A stretch of DNA of 35,231 bases from Macrostomum lignano (lineage: Eukaryota). A model generated the notes under the pieces. That model ran no database searches, was not told the origin of the DNA, and saw only the letters and a list, made by a program, of their open reading frames with translations. Made by a program: the position numbers and the translations under genes. Where the stretch lies: positions 1 to 35,231 of the forward strand of contig NIVC01003868.1 of NCBI GenBank assembly GCA_002269645.1, given 5' to 3'. Shown here piece after piece: positions 22,376 to 34,314 of this stretch; position 1 is the first letter of the stretch; each line of letters opens with the position of its first letter.

Positions 22376-22867
22376 ATCTGCAGTGCCCTGCTCTACATGC
22401 ACAGCCAAGAGCCACCTGTGATTCACAGAGACATCAACTGCACCAACATCATAGTTCTTGTCGGCAACTCACGAATCAAGCTGATCGATTTCGGCCTGTC
22501 AATCAAGCTGGAGCAGTCAGTCAGTCACATCTCAGCCTCTTCTCAAACACCCAAGGGCACTCTAAACTTTATGGCACCTGAGTTACTGGGATCGGGTGAA
22601 TCAGACAAAACGTTATACAGCAAAAGTGCCGACATCTGGGCGTTCGGCTGCTCGGTCTTCCAGATGGCCACCGGAGCAAGACCTCACGCCGACACCAGAA
22701 GCTTGCTGAAAATGGCCATGAAGCTGTCGAACGACGGAGCCCCCGCTCTGTCAGCTGATTGCTCCCCAGATCTGCAGGATTTCTACAGCTGTTGCACCGC
22801 CAAAAACCGAACTCTGAGAAAGTCCGCGGCACACTTGATGAGGCACAGGTTCCTGACTACAGACTGA
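22376..22867 (+). CDS. Ankyrin-pseudokinase-kinase gene, exon 5 (Ser/Thr kinase C-lobe, STE/MAP3K-like)
   Basis: Acceptor TTATAG|ATC; HRDINCTN, DFG, GTLNFMAPE, DIWAFGC; stop at 22865-22867. Confidence 0.9.
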   Translation: MCSALLYMHSQEPPVIHRDINCTNIIVLVGNSRIKLIDFGLSIKLEQSVSHISASSQTPKGTLNFMAPELLGSGESDKTLYSKSADIWAFGCSVFQMATGARPHADTRSLLKMAMKLSNDGAPALSADCSPDLQDFYSCCTAKNRTLRKSAAHLMRHRFLTTD

Positions 22868-22951
22868 GACTTACCTTGTTCTATTCTAGAAATGCACTTA
22901 CAGCCTAACTGTTAGCTAGCTAATATACTCGTAGAGTCGTATTTCTATGTG

Positions 22952-24045
22952 ATATCGCTTTGGACGATCTAAATGGGATCGGTCAGCATTTTGGACAATT
23001 AAAATTTTGGCATTTTGGACAATCAAAACGGGACGCCATAGACATTCAAGCCGGGCCAAAAATCACAGCCTAGTCATGGACTTTAAGCAGTTTAGCAAAG
23101 TCTACTAAGGGAGGTTTGGCCATAGACTATAACTTTGGACATTCAATATGGGAAAAAGCCATTCAAAACGGGAATGGGACTAAGTATTTAGATATTCTAT
23201 GGGTTTGAGGTCGGTATGTGATTAAATCCCGAGAGCCATACTTGTATGTCTATGGTTGAAGTTGGGGATGGGAGTGTGGGGGCGAAGCTCCTGCTGGGGG
23301 TGTGGGGCGAAGCCTCCACATTCTTACCATAGACAAAATTTCATTAAGAAATTTCTTGAGTCACGTAGGAAGAGAAGAGAGAAGCTCGCTTATTTAGATA
23401 CATACAATAATCCTTGAAATATGTCCGGGAAAGTGATCGATTAAATCCCGCAAAATAAAATCTATGTCAATAACCTCCCTGAAAGTGAGCTTTAAAGTGG
23501 TTTAAGATTTTATAGATCTCTGTCCCTGCCTCCCCTGTTTGCTCGTTTTTGGCCTGGAAGCGATCCCATTCAATGGCGCCACCAATAGAGATTGAACAAG
23601 GGTCATCCATTGCAGGAGCTGTAAGAATCTTGCAAATTAAGAAAACAACCGCATTCCGAATCGCTGCCAACTTTTGACTCGATGGCAGAGTGGAATCCCT
23701 TCCTCGCGGTGGTCAGAAAGAAGAATTGTGCAAGGCCGATCGGGAGATAAGAGAATTCTTGGTTGAGAAACTCGATGAAAATCCTTATTGACGCTCAAGG
23801 AAATGTCTGAAATGCTGACCGAGCGCTTTCCCGAGAATCCGCATGTTCACTTCGTTCACTTTTAAATATTCCAATGGCCCTATGATAAGAAATACATTAA
23901 AGTTGGCACATTCCCGTTTTGAATGGCTTTTCCAATTTGGATTGTCCATTCCACATTCTATGTTTGTGTGTTACCAAGCAGCCCGGTCTGTGGCCTGGCT
24001 TGGATGTCTAATATGACGTCCTAATTAGATTGTCAAAAGCGATAT
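22952..24045. mobile_element. Degenerate inverted-repeat DNA transposon remnant
   Basis: Left ATATCGCTTTGGACGATCTA versus right TAGATTGTCAAAAGCGATAT; further inverted matches between ~23025-23065 and ~23990-24035, and ~23150-23178 and ~23908-23947. Confidence 0.55.
23588..23850 (+). pseudogene. IS630-Tc1-mariner-type transposase N-terminal HTH fragment (stop codon and frameshift)
   Basis: Manual translation: EIEQGSSIAGAVRILQIKKTTAFRIAANF*LDGRVESLPRGGQKEELCKADREIREFLVEKLDENP, then after a frameshift LTLKEMSEMLTERFPE; HTH plus PRGG AT-hook-like pattern. Confidence 0.6.
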
Positions 24046-24219
24046 TAAGACTTTATATTGTTATTAAAGCAACATAATCCATCGCCAGCTAATTTACACC
24101 GATAGTTTTTTCTTAGAATTGATTTATGAAGGATAATATTGCATAAAAAACTTTATTCATAAAGCCTCAATGCTTATTTGAACTGTTTCGAACTAGAAAG
24201 AGAAACTGCAAAAAATGTC

Positions 24220-24490
24220 AAATACAGCTGGAAGCCAACATCAAACTGAATGTCGATGGTTAGAGAAGCGAACTCAGTCTGTGACACATCATGTACTCGT
24301 AGTCTCTGTTTTGCTTTGAAGATTGAAGATTTCGATTAACATCATCATGAGCTGATTTGAGACACTTTGGACAGGGACTGCTTTCAAGAGACGTGACTCT
24401 CCTGCGGAACAGTGACTCATTATGTCATAAAGCTCACAGTTCCTGACAATTCTCAAACGTCACTGCTGTTCATATCGCCGCAGAATGTCA
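24220..24490 (+). pseudogene. Decayed, internally deleted ankyrin-gene remnant
   Basis: KRTQSVTHHV at ~24266-24295 and ELI*DTLDRDCFQET*LSCGTVTHYV at ~24349-24426 match ERVQSVTHHV and ELIRDTLGMSCFQDTARSGRTVAHYA of 15074-15823. Confidence 0.75.
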
Positions 24491-25520
24491 GTTAAAAGGC
24501 AACAAAGGAAGACTGTGTTGTACAGGACAAAAAAATTGCATGGCTAGCCAATCCAGGATGAACAACTTTGCTACAAGCTATTCAAGTCTTGTTTCTTTTA
24601 GTTTGAATTATGAATCGCTAAAATAAATCACTTATTGACTTTAGATAACAGGCAAAGAATTTCACTTCTAGTAACGGCATAAAAGCTGTCAAAATTGTCT
24701 GTCTGTCGAGGAACTTCGAGAGGGCCATTAAACGGTTTATCTAACGGTTTATGGCGATTCTAATTTTTTTCTTACCAAGTTGGACTTTTATTTATGATTT
24801 TTCATACATGCAATTGACGGTGGAATAGAATTATTAGGATAGTATGTGATTTAAATTTAGAGAACCCAAGAAAGAATGCCTAATAATTATAGCTTATAAT
24901 TTGATGTGATGTCTAAAAGACTTCTTTAAGTCTAAAAAAACATTTATTCAACGATTCTAAACTTACCGTACGAGTGATTTAAAAAAAACTGTTGTACGTT
25001 TTTTACTCTTACATGAATGAGCGGAGTTAGAATTTTGAATGGAAAATTTTAATACTTCATTCGCTACCGTTTTTTTACTTGCAAAGATTGTTAACGAATT
25101 TTCAAAAAACATCCTCATCGTCAAAAAAAGATAAAATGGCACAAATCTTCAGATTCTGAAGCATAACTGCTAATCGAATTCGCAGTTATTTTGAGTCTTT
25201 GTTTTACTTTTATTCTTCATCGCAATCTCAATATTTGTTCTTTAAAGTCAGTGAGGCTATGTTCTGAGTAGGCGGCGAATGCAAACTTATAAAAAAGCTG
25301 GGCTGGAGACAACCAGAAACTTGATATGTCTTGGGAATTTACGGTTATGCACTGATGCGTTGAATCTCTAGTCAAATGGCAGGCTTTAAATTCGCTAAAT
25401 AAATGGGACCCTAACGTAGAGTCAAACATGCATGCGACAGCTTATAATTACAACTTCGTAATAAAGCCGGAAAAAATGGTTCAAAATTTCAACTATGAAT
25501 AGTCAAGCCCAGTCTGCCAG

Positions 25521-26155
25521 TCACGTGGTCAAGCCGCCAGTGGGAACGCCGCTGTACACGAAGCTCATTAGCCCGACGGTGAGGCAGAGGTAGAGCCAGA
25601 AGAACAGCCGGTCCACACACCTGGCCAGAGCCACCCAGCCTTCAGGACCAGCGCACAAACAGGATGGAGCTTCCGGTACGTCAGCAGAGGCGCCTCCACG
25701 ACGCTGTGGTTGCGCCGGACCGGCAATGGTGGAGGCTCGTCTGGCGTTCGCCACGTAGGCGACGGAGCGTCGTCGGGAGAGCGGCGATGACATGGACGAC
25801 CGGCGTCGCTGGCATTCTTCAACCTGAGTTCTCAGCGCGGCCTCCTCGCTGCCGGGCTCGCCTCCCCGCGCCGAGCTTCCGTTGCGGCCGTCCTGCTGCA
25901 GCAGCACCGACCGGATGAAACGCGCGTTGCCGCCGCTGGAGCTGCCGAAGTCGCCGCTGTCGGGAGCGGCCAATCGTCGCAGAGTCTTCCTTCGCTCCCG
26001 GCAGGTGGGGCAGTAAAATCGGGAGATCCACGGCCTCACGCAGTCTGGCACTCGGCTGTTGGCCCGAGTGAACTTCCTGATGTGAACGTTGGTGACGATG
26101 ACGCCCATCAGCAGGGCCATGGACACCATCAGCATGGTCAGGCCGAATAGCAGCC
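25521..26155 (-). CDS. Nicotinic acetylcholine receptor alpha subunit, last exon (M3, intracellular loop, M4)
   Basis: Acceptor CCAAG|GG completes G|GG; GLLFGLTMLMVSMALLMGVIVTNVH...WVALARCVDRLFFWLYL; stop at 25521. Confidence 0.92.
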
Positions 26156-26267
26156 CTTGGACGTATTAGGGGGGGGGGGGATGGGTGAAGTGCAACTTAA
26201 TGTGGATGCGTGAGTTTCTTAGTTTTTCCGTACTTTGCGTACTTTTAATTTGTACTTTAAACCGCCT

Positions 26268-27128
26268 CTCTGCACCATGAGAATCGCCAACTCTGCACCA
26301 TGAGAATCGCCAACTCTGCACCATGAGAATCGCCAACTCTGCACCGTGAGAATCGCCAACTCTGCACCATGAGAATCGCCAGCTCTGCACCATGAGAATC
26401 GCCAACTCTGCACCATGAGAATCGCCAACTCTGCACCATGAGAATCGCCAACTCTGCACCGTGAGAATCGCCAACTCTGCACCATGAGAATCGCCAACTC
26501 TGCACCATGAGAATCGCCAACTCTGCACCATGAGAATCGCCAACTCTGCACCATGAGAATCGCCAACTCTGCACCGTGAGAATCGCCAACTCTGCACCAT
26601 GAGAATCGCCAACTCTGCACCATGAGAATCGCCAACTCTGCACCATGAGAATCGCCAACTCTGCACCATGAGAATCGCCAACTCTGCACCATGAGAATCG
26701 CCAACTCTGCACCATGAGAATCGCCAACTCTGCACCGTGAGAATCGCCAACTCTGCACCATGAGAATCGCCAACTCTGCACCATGAGAATCGCCAACTCT
26801 GCACCATGAGAATCGCCAACTCTGCACCATGAGAATCGCCAACTCTGCACCATGAGAATCGCCAACTCTGCACCATGAGAATCGCCAACTCTGCACCGTG
26901 AGAATCGCCAACTCTGCACCGTGAGAATCGCCTCTCTGCACCATGAGAATCGCCAACTCTGCACCATGAGAATCGCCGACTCTGCACCATGAGAATCGCC
27001 AACTCTGCACCATGAGAATCGCCAACTCTGCACCATGAGAATCGCCAACTCTGTACCATGAGAATCGCCAACTCTGCACCATGAGAATCGCCAACTCTGC
27101 ACCGTGAGAATCGCCAACTCTACACCAT
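26268..27128 (+). repeat. 23-bp tandem minisatellite (CTCTGCACCATGAGAATCGCCAA), ~37 copies, intronic
   Basis: Direct reading; the 23-aa periodicity of the spurious ORFs confirms the unit length. Confidence 0.98.
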
Positions 27129-28000
27129 TAACGACTACTATCAGTAGTCTTTACTAGGCGAGTCATTTTATCCCAGAATAGAATAAGCTCTACCAGAGAA
27201 GTGGAGCATTGTTCTGTAGACCTAAATCAGCCAATTAGCTAACTTTACGAGTAAGCAAGGCTCCAATTGAGCTTCAACATTGTAAAACAGACTCAGAAGT
27301 TTTTATTTAAGCTGTATAGCTCAGCTTGAAACACACGGTCACTTCCGCAATTAGTTTTGGTGAAGTTCTTTTCGGGCAGCAAGGGGAGGGGTTGTTGGTC
27401 CGCCGTTGTTCTATCGGATTAGGTGCAGGACACGACAAAGCCGCCTTGTTATTGGCAGTTGGTCTACTAGAATGCATTGTCACGCGCTGTCGTTACTCGC
27501 GTTCTGAGATCTGTTCATGCAATGTCTGCTATACAGTTTTGGTAGCAGCCTCAATCTACATGAAATAACCTGTGCACCAAGGCTTGAGTAGTTCAAAATA
27601 CGAGCGTATTTTCATTCAAAAAGGGCAACTTTGAGAATGGAAAAATTGCTGAAAATTTGCTTCAATAATAAATGACTGACATGTTTCCATACTGTTTGCA
27701 GCTTGTGTACGAATTGAAGTGGGGGGTCGCGAGAGGAGGCTGGATGGAGCCAGAGGGTGGAGTGTGGCTGCCCCATCATCCTCATCAATTTTTGTCCGGT
27801 AAATTTCCCGAGGGTAAGAAGAGCCTTGATGAGAAGCCTGTGACATACGCTGAGCACACATGCCTGCATAGTCAGCCGATGCTGATGAAGAACGATGGAT
27901 AAGAGAATAATTGAAGCAATATGGGGGATGATTTTGAAAGTTATGGAGGCCGGTAAGAGAACAGGATTTCCCACGAACATGATGAGCCATCGACCCATCG

Positions 28001-28560
<560 letters not shown>

Positions 28561-28576
28561 TCACCCCAACACTCAC

Positions 28577-29118
28577 CAACCAGCGGAATGGCATCAGGGG
28601 TGGGCGGCAGGGTGTCCCCCACAATGAGCAGGAACACCACCAGCGCCAGCAGAATGGTCAGCTCCAGGTTAACTTTCTCGCCGGACTCGATCGGCAGGAA
28701 GAACCCCAGGAAGCTGGCCAGGTACATGAGCAGGCAGGGGAAGATCAGATTGAAGATGTAGAACAGAGATCGCCGAGTCATGTCAATCGTAATGGTGACG
28801 TCAGGCCAGGGCTCCTCGCAGCAGGCGTACACTCCTATGGACCTGGAAAATGCGATCTTAGTGACATTCCACTCCTGATTGGCCTCGACGTAATAGTTCT
28901 TGTTGCTGTCCACTGTGTCATTGTGCCACAGGTCCACCTGGAACAGGTGGTAAGTCCAACTGATAAAAGTCACATTGCATCTCTGCTTGTCGAACGGGAA
29001 GAATCTGACATTGAGGGTGCAGGTGACTTTGATCAGCACGGGGAACATCCACAGTACGGAGCCGTCGCTCCACAGGATGGTGTTGGTTGTCATGAACTTC
29101 CGGCTGCTGTCCTCTGCG
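28577..29118 (-). CDS. nAChR alpha subunit, 542-bp exon (Cys-loop, loops B and C, M1, M2)
   Basis: CTLNVRFFPFDKQRC Cys-loop, SWTY, YACCEEPWPD vicinal cysteines, GEKVNLELTILLALVVF; acceptor CTGCAG|C, phase-1 donor G|GTGAGT. Confidence 0.95.
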
Positions 29119-29164
29119 CTGCAGTGGTTCGAGATTGATAGTGCATCGTTTAAAAACTGGAAGT

Positions 29165-29680
29165 CGATCGTATAGATCTAGAAATAGATCGTCTAGATCT
29201 GGAACTATAGATCGTCTAGATCTGGAACTAGATCGTCTAGATTTGAAACTACATTGGCTAGATATAACTAGATATAAAATAAATCGTACAGATCTAGAAT
29301 TAGATCTTATAGATATGGAACTAGATCATATAGATCTGGAACTAGATCGTCTATATTTGAAACTAGATCGTATAGATCTGGAACTTGATCGTATAAATCT
29401 GGAACTACATTGGCTAAATATAACTAGATATAAAATAAATCGTACAGATCTAGAATTAGATCATATAGATCTGGAACTAGATCTGGAACTAGATTGTATA
29501 GATCTGGAACTAGATCGTATATATCTGGAACTAGATCGTATAAATCTGGACTTGATCGTATAGATCTGGAACTTGATCGTATAGATCTGGAACTTGATCG
29601 TATAGATCTGGAACTTGATCGTATAGATCTGGAACTTGATCGTATAGATCTGGAACTTGATCGTATAGATCTGGAACAGA
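29165..29680 (+). repeat. 21-bp tandem repeat (GATCGTATAGATCTGGAACTT/A) with a ~155-bp higher-order duplication, intronic
   Basis: Direct reading; block ~29246-29306 recurs at ~29402-29462. Confidence 0.9.
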
Positions 29681-30171
29681 TACTGCAGCGAGATCCGATA
29701 CCCCTAAATCAATGCCCCAACACACTTTTAAACGTTATCTAACAAACTTAAGCAAAAACTTAAGTAGGTTATAAAGATTACCAACTCATAATTTACAGAT
29801 AGTAACAGCAGGAGTTTAATCAAGCTTCACCCATGCGTGGCTACATGCAATGTACCAGTCAATATTAGTGAAGTCCAGCACCGCTCTCTACTGAAGTCCT
29901 CGACGGCTTTAAGCGTTTTAAAAAAAGGCCGAGATCGAGGCTTCTCTGAATCAATCGATCAATATTGCTTTAACGAATGGCTTCGCCAACTCGGGTTATG
30001 ATTTTGGTGCGGTACAAGCCACTATGCTTGTGGACTTAAGGGGCTTAGGCATGTGATGAATAGCTTTTTTCATAAATATTTCTAAAACACTAAAGAAATT
30101 ATTTTGGTTTTTGATTAGAGACCGCTCCTAGTTGGTATAATATAATTGATATTGCATTTGCTAGTTTCTGG

Positions 30172-30271
30172 TTGATTTCTATTGATTGATTGATTGATTG
30201 ATTAAGTAATTGATTGATTGATTATTTGGTTGATTAACTGAGTAATTGATTGATTGATTGATTGATTGATG

Positions 30272-30305
<34 letters not shown>

Positions 30306-30352
30306 GTAATTGATTGATTGATTGATTCAGTAATTGATTGATTGATTGAGTA
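30172..30352 (+). repeat. Imperfect (ATTG)n microsatellite, intronic
   Basis: Direct reading. Confidence 0.92.
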
Positions 30353-30865
30353 AGTGTGTGATTAATCTATATGTTCATTACTTTGTTGACTGTTTTCATT
30401 CCTCTATCCCTATTCATATTAGAATCAGATTGAATTCTGTGCAGCTCTAACAGTGAAACACGATTTTGAAATAATGTTCTGCAAGGAGACTGCGCCGACT
30501 GCCTCTTCAAGCGAGAGAAGCAGTCAAGCAAGCAAAATGTGATCGACCTTGGATTTCAGTTTTTTGCTACAAAAGAGATATTTTCTGTAGACTCGATCAA
30601 CTATGCGCTTGGCTCGAGCCAATTTGTCATGCTAATTATTTCTAGTGGACACAGAGATTTCTTGCTTGAATAATTGAGAACTAAGGCAGTGTTGCCAGAC
30701 TCTTAGGTATCGCATTTGATCTGCGGCTGGCAGGGATGAGGGCTACTCCGGGAAGAATTGAATTCCCGTAGTGGCTTATCGAAATAATTTGCAGAATTGG
30801 AATTACTAAATTTAATCATCTGACAGTCGGCGAGACAGACTCTAAGATAGAGTACCTCTGGAAAG

Positions 30866-31209
<344 letters not shown>

Positions 31210-31805
31210 CAGAAACAGCCACAATAACACATATTTAAGCAGACTCTGGAAATGGAAAGATACCAAGTCAGACAGACACCGTACATGTATGTCAGTTTAG
31301 CAGACAAGCAGCAAGCAGACAGCAGACACAATGCCAAGGCTTAATTGGCCCCTGGACCTGGGGTCTGAATCTACAGTTCGAGCAGAGAATATAGGATTAA
31401 ATTTTGCTAGAGGAAGTTGATCTCTAATCAGTATTCAGAGTATCTCTACACTAACAAAATGAGTTAGCAGGCCGTGGAACCAAATTACTACAAGCCTGCA
31501 CTTTTATCTGTGTTGTTGCGAAGGCCTCACGGGTACAGTTCAAGCTAGATTAGCAAGGGAAAAAAGGAAAACGACTGTCTCAGTAAAGTCGGGTCTTTTT
31601 TTGCTCGGTACTTTCGAATTCAAATGCTACTGAAGTGGACTCCGGCTCGCCCTCCTTCTGTTCTTATCTGACCCCTGTCTTGTCCAATTCTTCACTACCC
31701 AGTGGATCCTGAAGTTCGGGGCAGTGTTTGCTCCAAGTCAACACAGTCCAGTCCAAGTCCCAGTTCAATGCTCCCACTTATTTAACTGAGAGTTGCTGGT
31801 AAAAC

Positions 31806-31915
31806 CTGTTGGAGATGATGATATCCGGGGTCCAGATTGCACTGGACGGAATGTGCAAGGACGTTGTGCCGTTGTAGTCCTCGGGCTGCCAAGCCAGGTA
31901 TTGATCCAGCCATCT
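31806..31915 (-). CDS. nAChR alpha subunit, 110-bp exon (loop A)
   Basis: [36 protein letters not shown]; acceptor TTTCAG|AGA, phase-2 donor AG|GTTTTA; 110 bp is a conserved nAChR exon size. Confidence 0.92.
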
Positions 31916-32014
31916 CTGAAATCGACCAATAGTTGACTTGAGTCTGGAAACTGTCATAAAGCAGTTGAACGGCAATATTGATTGGGAAAAGTTAAAGACA
32001 TTCTTCGACCTTAC

Positions 32015-32059
32015 CAGACGAACGGACATCAAGGCTGAGAAGGTCTGGTGCTTCTCGTC
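32015..32059 (-). CDS. nAChR alpha subunit, 45-bp exon; upstream exons not found in the window
   Basis: [15 protein letters not shown] (cf. DEKNQVLTTNIWLQM); acceptor CTTCAG|GAC, donor CTG|GTAAGG. The four exons total 1332 nt in frame. Confidence 0.9.
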
Positions 32060-32130
32060 CTGAAGTTGAGAAAGTTCTTGCTTTGAACATTGATGGATGC
32101 AGTGCTGGACTGTGAGTTCTGATGCGGCAA

Positions 32131-33875
32131 AGAGGGAGACAGGGAGGGGAGAGACGGAGAGGGAGACAGAGAGGGAGGGAGACAGAGAGGGAGACAGAAA
32201 GGGAGACAGAAAGGGAGACAGAGAGGGAAACAGAGAGGGAGACTGAGAGGGAGACAGAGAGGGAGACAGAGAGGGAGACAGAAAGGGAGACAGAAAGGGA
32301 GACAGAAAGGGAGACAGAGAGGGAGACTGAGAGGGAGACAGAGAGGGAGACTGAGAGGGAGACAGAGAGGGAGACTGAGAGGGAGACTGAGAGGGAGACA
32401 GAGAGGGAGACTGAGAGGGAGACAGAGAGGGAGACAGAGAAGGAGACAGAGAGGGAGACAGAGAGGGAGACAGAGAGGGAGACAGAGAGGGAGACAGAGG
32501 GAGATAGAGAGGGAAACAGAGAGGGAGACAGAGAGGGAGACAGAGGGAGATAGAGAGGGAGACAGAGGGAGATAGAGAGGGAGACAGAGAGACAGAGAGG
32601 GAGACAGAGAGGGAGACAGAGAGGGAGACAGAGAAGGAGACAGAGAGGGAGACAGAGAGGGAGACAGAGAGGGAGACAGAGAGGGAGACAGAGAGGGGAG
32701 AGACAGAGAGGGAGACAGAAAGGGAGACAGAGAGGGAGACTGAGAGGGAGACTGAGAGGGAGACTGAGAGGGAGACAGAGAGGGAGACAGAGAGGGAGAC
32801 AGAGAGGGAGACTGAGAGGGAGACTGAGAGGGAGACAGAGAGGGAGACAGAGAGGGAGACTGAGAGGGAGACTGAGAGGGAGACAGAGAGGGAGACTGAG
32901 AGGGAGACAGAGAGGGAGACTGAGAGGGAGACAGAGAGGGAGACAGAGAGGGAGACAGAGAGGGAGACAGAGAGGGGAGAGACAGAGAGGGAGACAGAAA
33001 GGGAGACAGAGAGGGAGACTGAGAGGGAGACAGAGAGGGAGACTGAGAGGGAGACAGAGAGGGAGACAGAGAGGGAGACAGAGAGGGAGACTGAGAGGGA
33101 GACTGAGAGGGAGACAGAGAGGGAGACAGAGAGGGAGACTGAGAGGGAGACTGAGAGGAGACAGAGAGGGAGACTGAGAGGGAGACAGAGAGGGAGACTG
33201 AGAGGGAGACAGAGAGGGAGACAGAGAGGGAGACAGAGAGGGAGACAGAGAGGGGAGAGACAGAGAGGGAGACAGAAAGGGAGACAGAGAGGGAGACTGA
33301 GAGGGAGACTGAGAGGGAGACTGAGAGGGAGACTGAGAGGGAGACAGAGAGGGAGACTGAGAGGGAGACAGAGAGGGAGACAGAGAGGGAGACAGAGAGG
33401 GAGACTGAGAGGGAGACAGAGAGGGAGACTGAGATGGAGACTGAGAGGGAGACAGAGAGGGAGACAGAGAGGGAGACGGAGAGGGAGACTGAGAGGGAGA
33501 CAGAGAGGGAGACTGAGAGGGAGACTGAGAGGGAGACTGAGAGGGAGACTGAGAGGGAGACAGAGAGGGAGACAGAAAGGGAGACTGAGAGGGAGACGGA
33601 GAGGGAGACAGAGAGGGAGACAGAGAGGGAGACAGAGAGGGAGACTGAGAGGGAGACAGAGAGGGAGACTGAGAGGGAGACAGAGAGGGAGACTGAGAGG
33701 GAGACTGAGAGGGAGACTGAGAGGGAGACAGAGAGGGAGACAGAGAGGGAGACTGAGAGGGAGACTGAGAGGGAGACTGAGAGGGAGACAGAGAGGGAGA
33801 CTGAGAGGGAGACTGAGAGGGAGACTGAGAGGGAGACTGAGAGGGAGACTGAGAGGGAGACTGAGAGGAAGACAG
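32131..33875 (+). repeat. 12-bp purine-rich tandem repeat (GAGAGGGAGAC[A/T]), ~145 copies, intronic
   Basis: Direct reading; gives the ETER/SLSV/LPLC periodic ORFs. Confidence 0.98.
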
Positions 33876-34314
33876 AAACACAAAAGAAAAAAGTAGAAAG
33901 ATCAAGTTCAAAAAGATCAGTCATTGTAGCACAAACATGTTTACTTGGACAATGTAAAAATAATTTCAATTGTTTTAATGCCGTTCAATGCACAAGCCCG
34001 CGATTTAATTTTAGCAATAAAATCTCTGTTTGCCTTTTGTTCGGAATCCCAATCAAACAGGTCTTTTTGTCTTCTAAAAAGGTTTTGTTTGTATGGCAAG
34101 AGAAGGATTTTTTCCCGTGCCCTCAGGCTGAGGGAAACTCAATGCAATTCTAATTTCCTGAATGTCCCGGGGACGAGAGGATTAAAGATTTCCTGATCAA
34201 GCTTCGAAAATTAACTGTCACGAACTGGGGATAGCCCGCCCGGCTACCGGGAAAAGATTTTTAATCAGTTTGAGTTGTTTGCCACATTGATGGTCTCGCG
34301 AGCAATGATCTTCG

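Noticed and set aside
26268-27128. Regular 23-bp repeats as a CRISPR array
   Set aside because: Units are head-to-tail with no unique spacers, there are no cas genes, and the array lies in a eukaryotic intron.
27326-27998. Short ORFs of higher complexity within the nAChR intron (possible transposon fragment)
   Set aside because: No diagnostic motif recognised; left unassigned.
31778-34153. ORFs of 600-700 aa (SLSV/LPLC/ETER)
   Set aside because: 12-bp repeat artefacts; only the 45-bp and 110-bp nAChR exons inside them are real.
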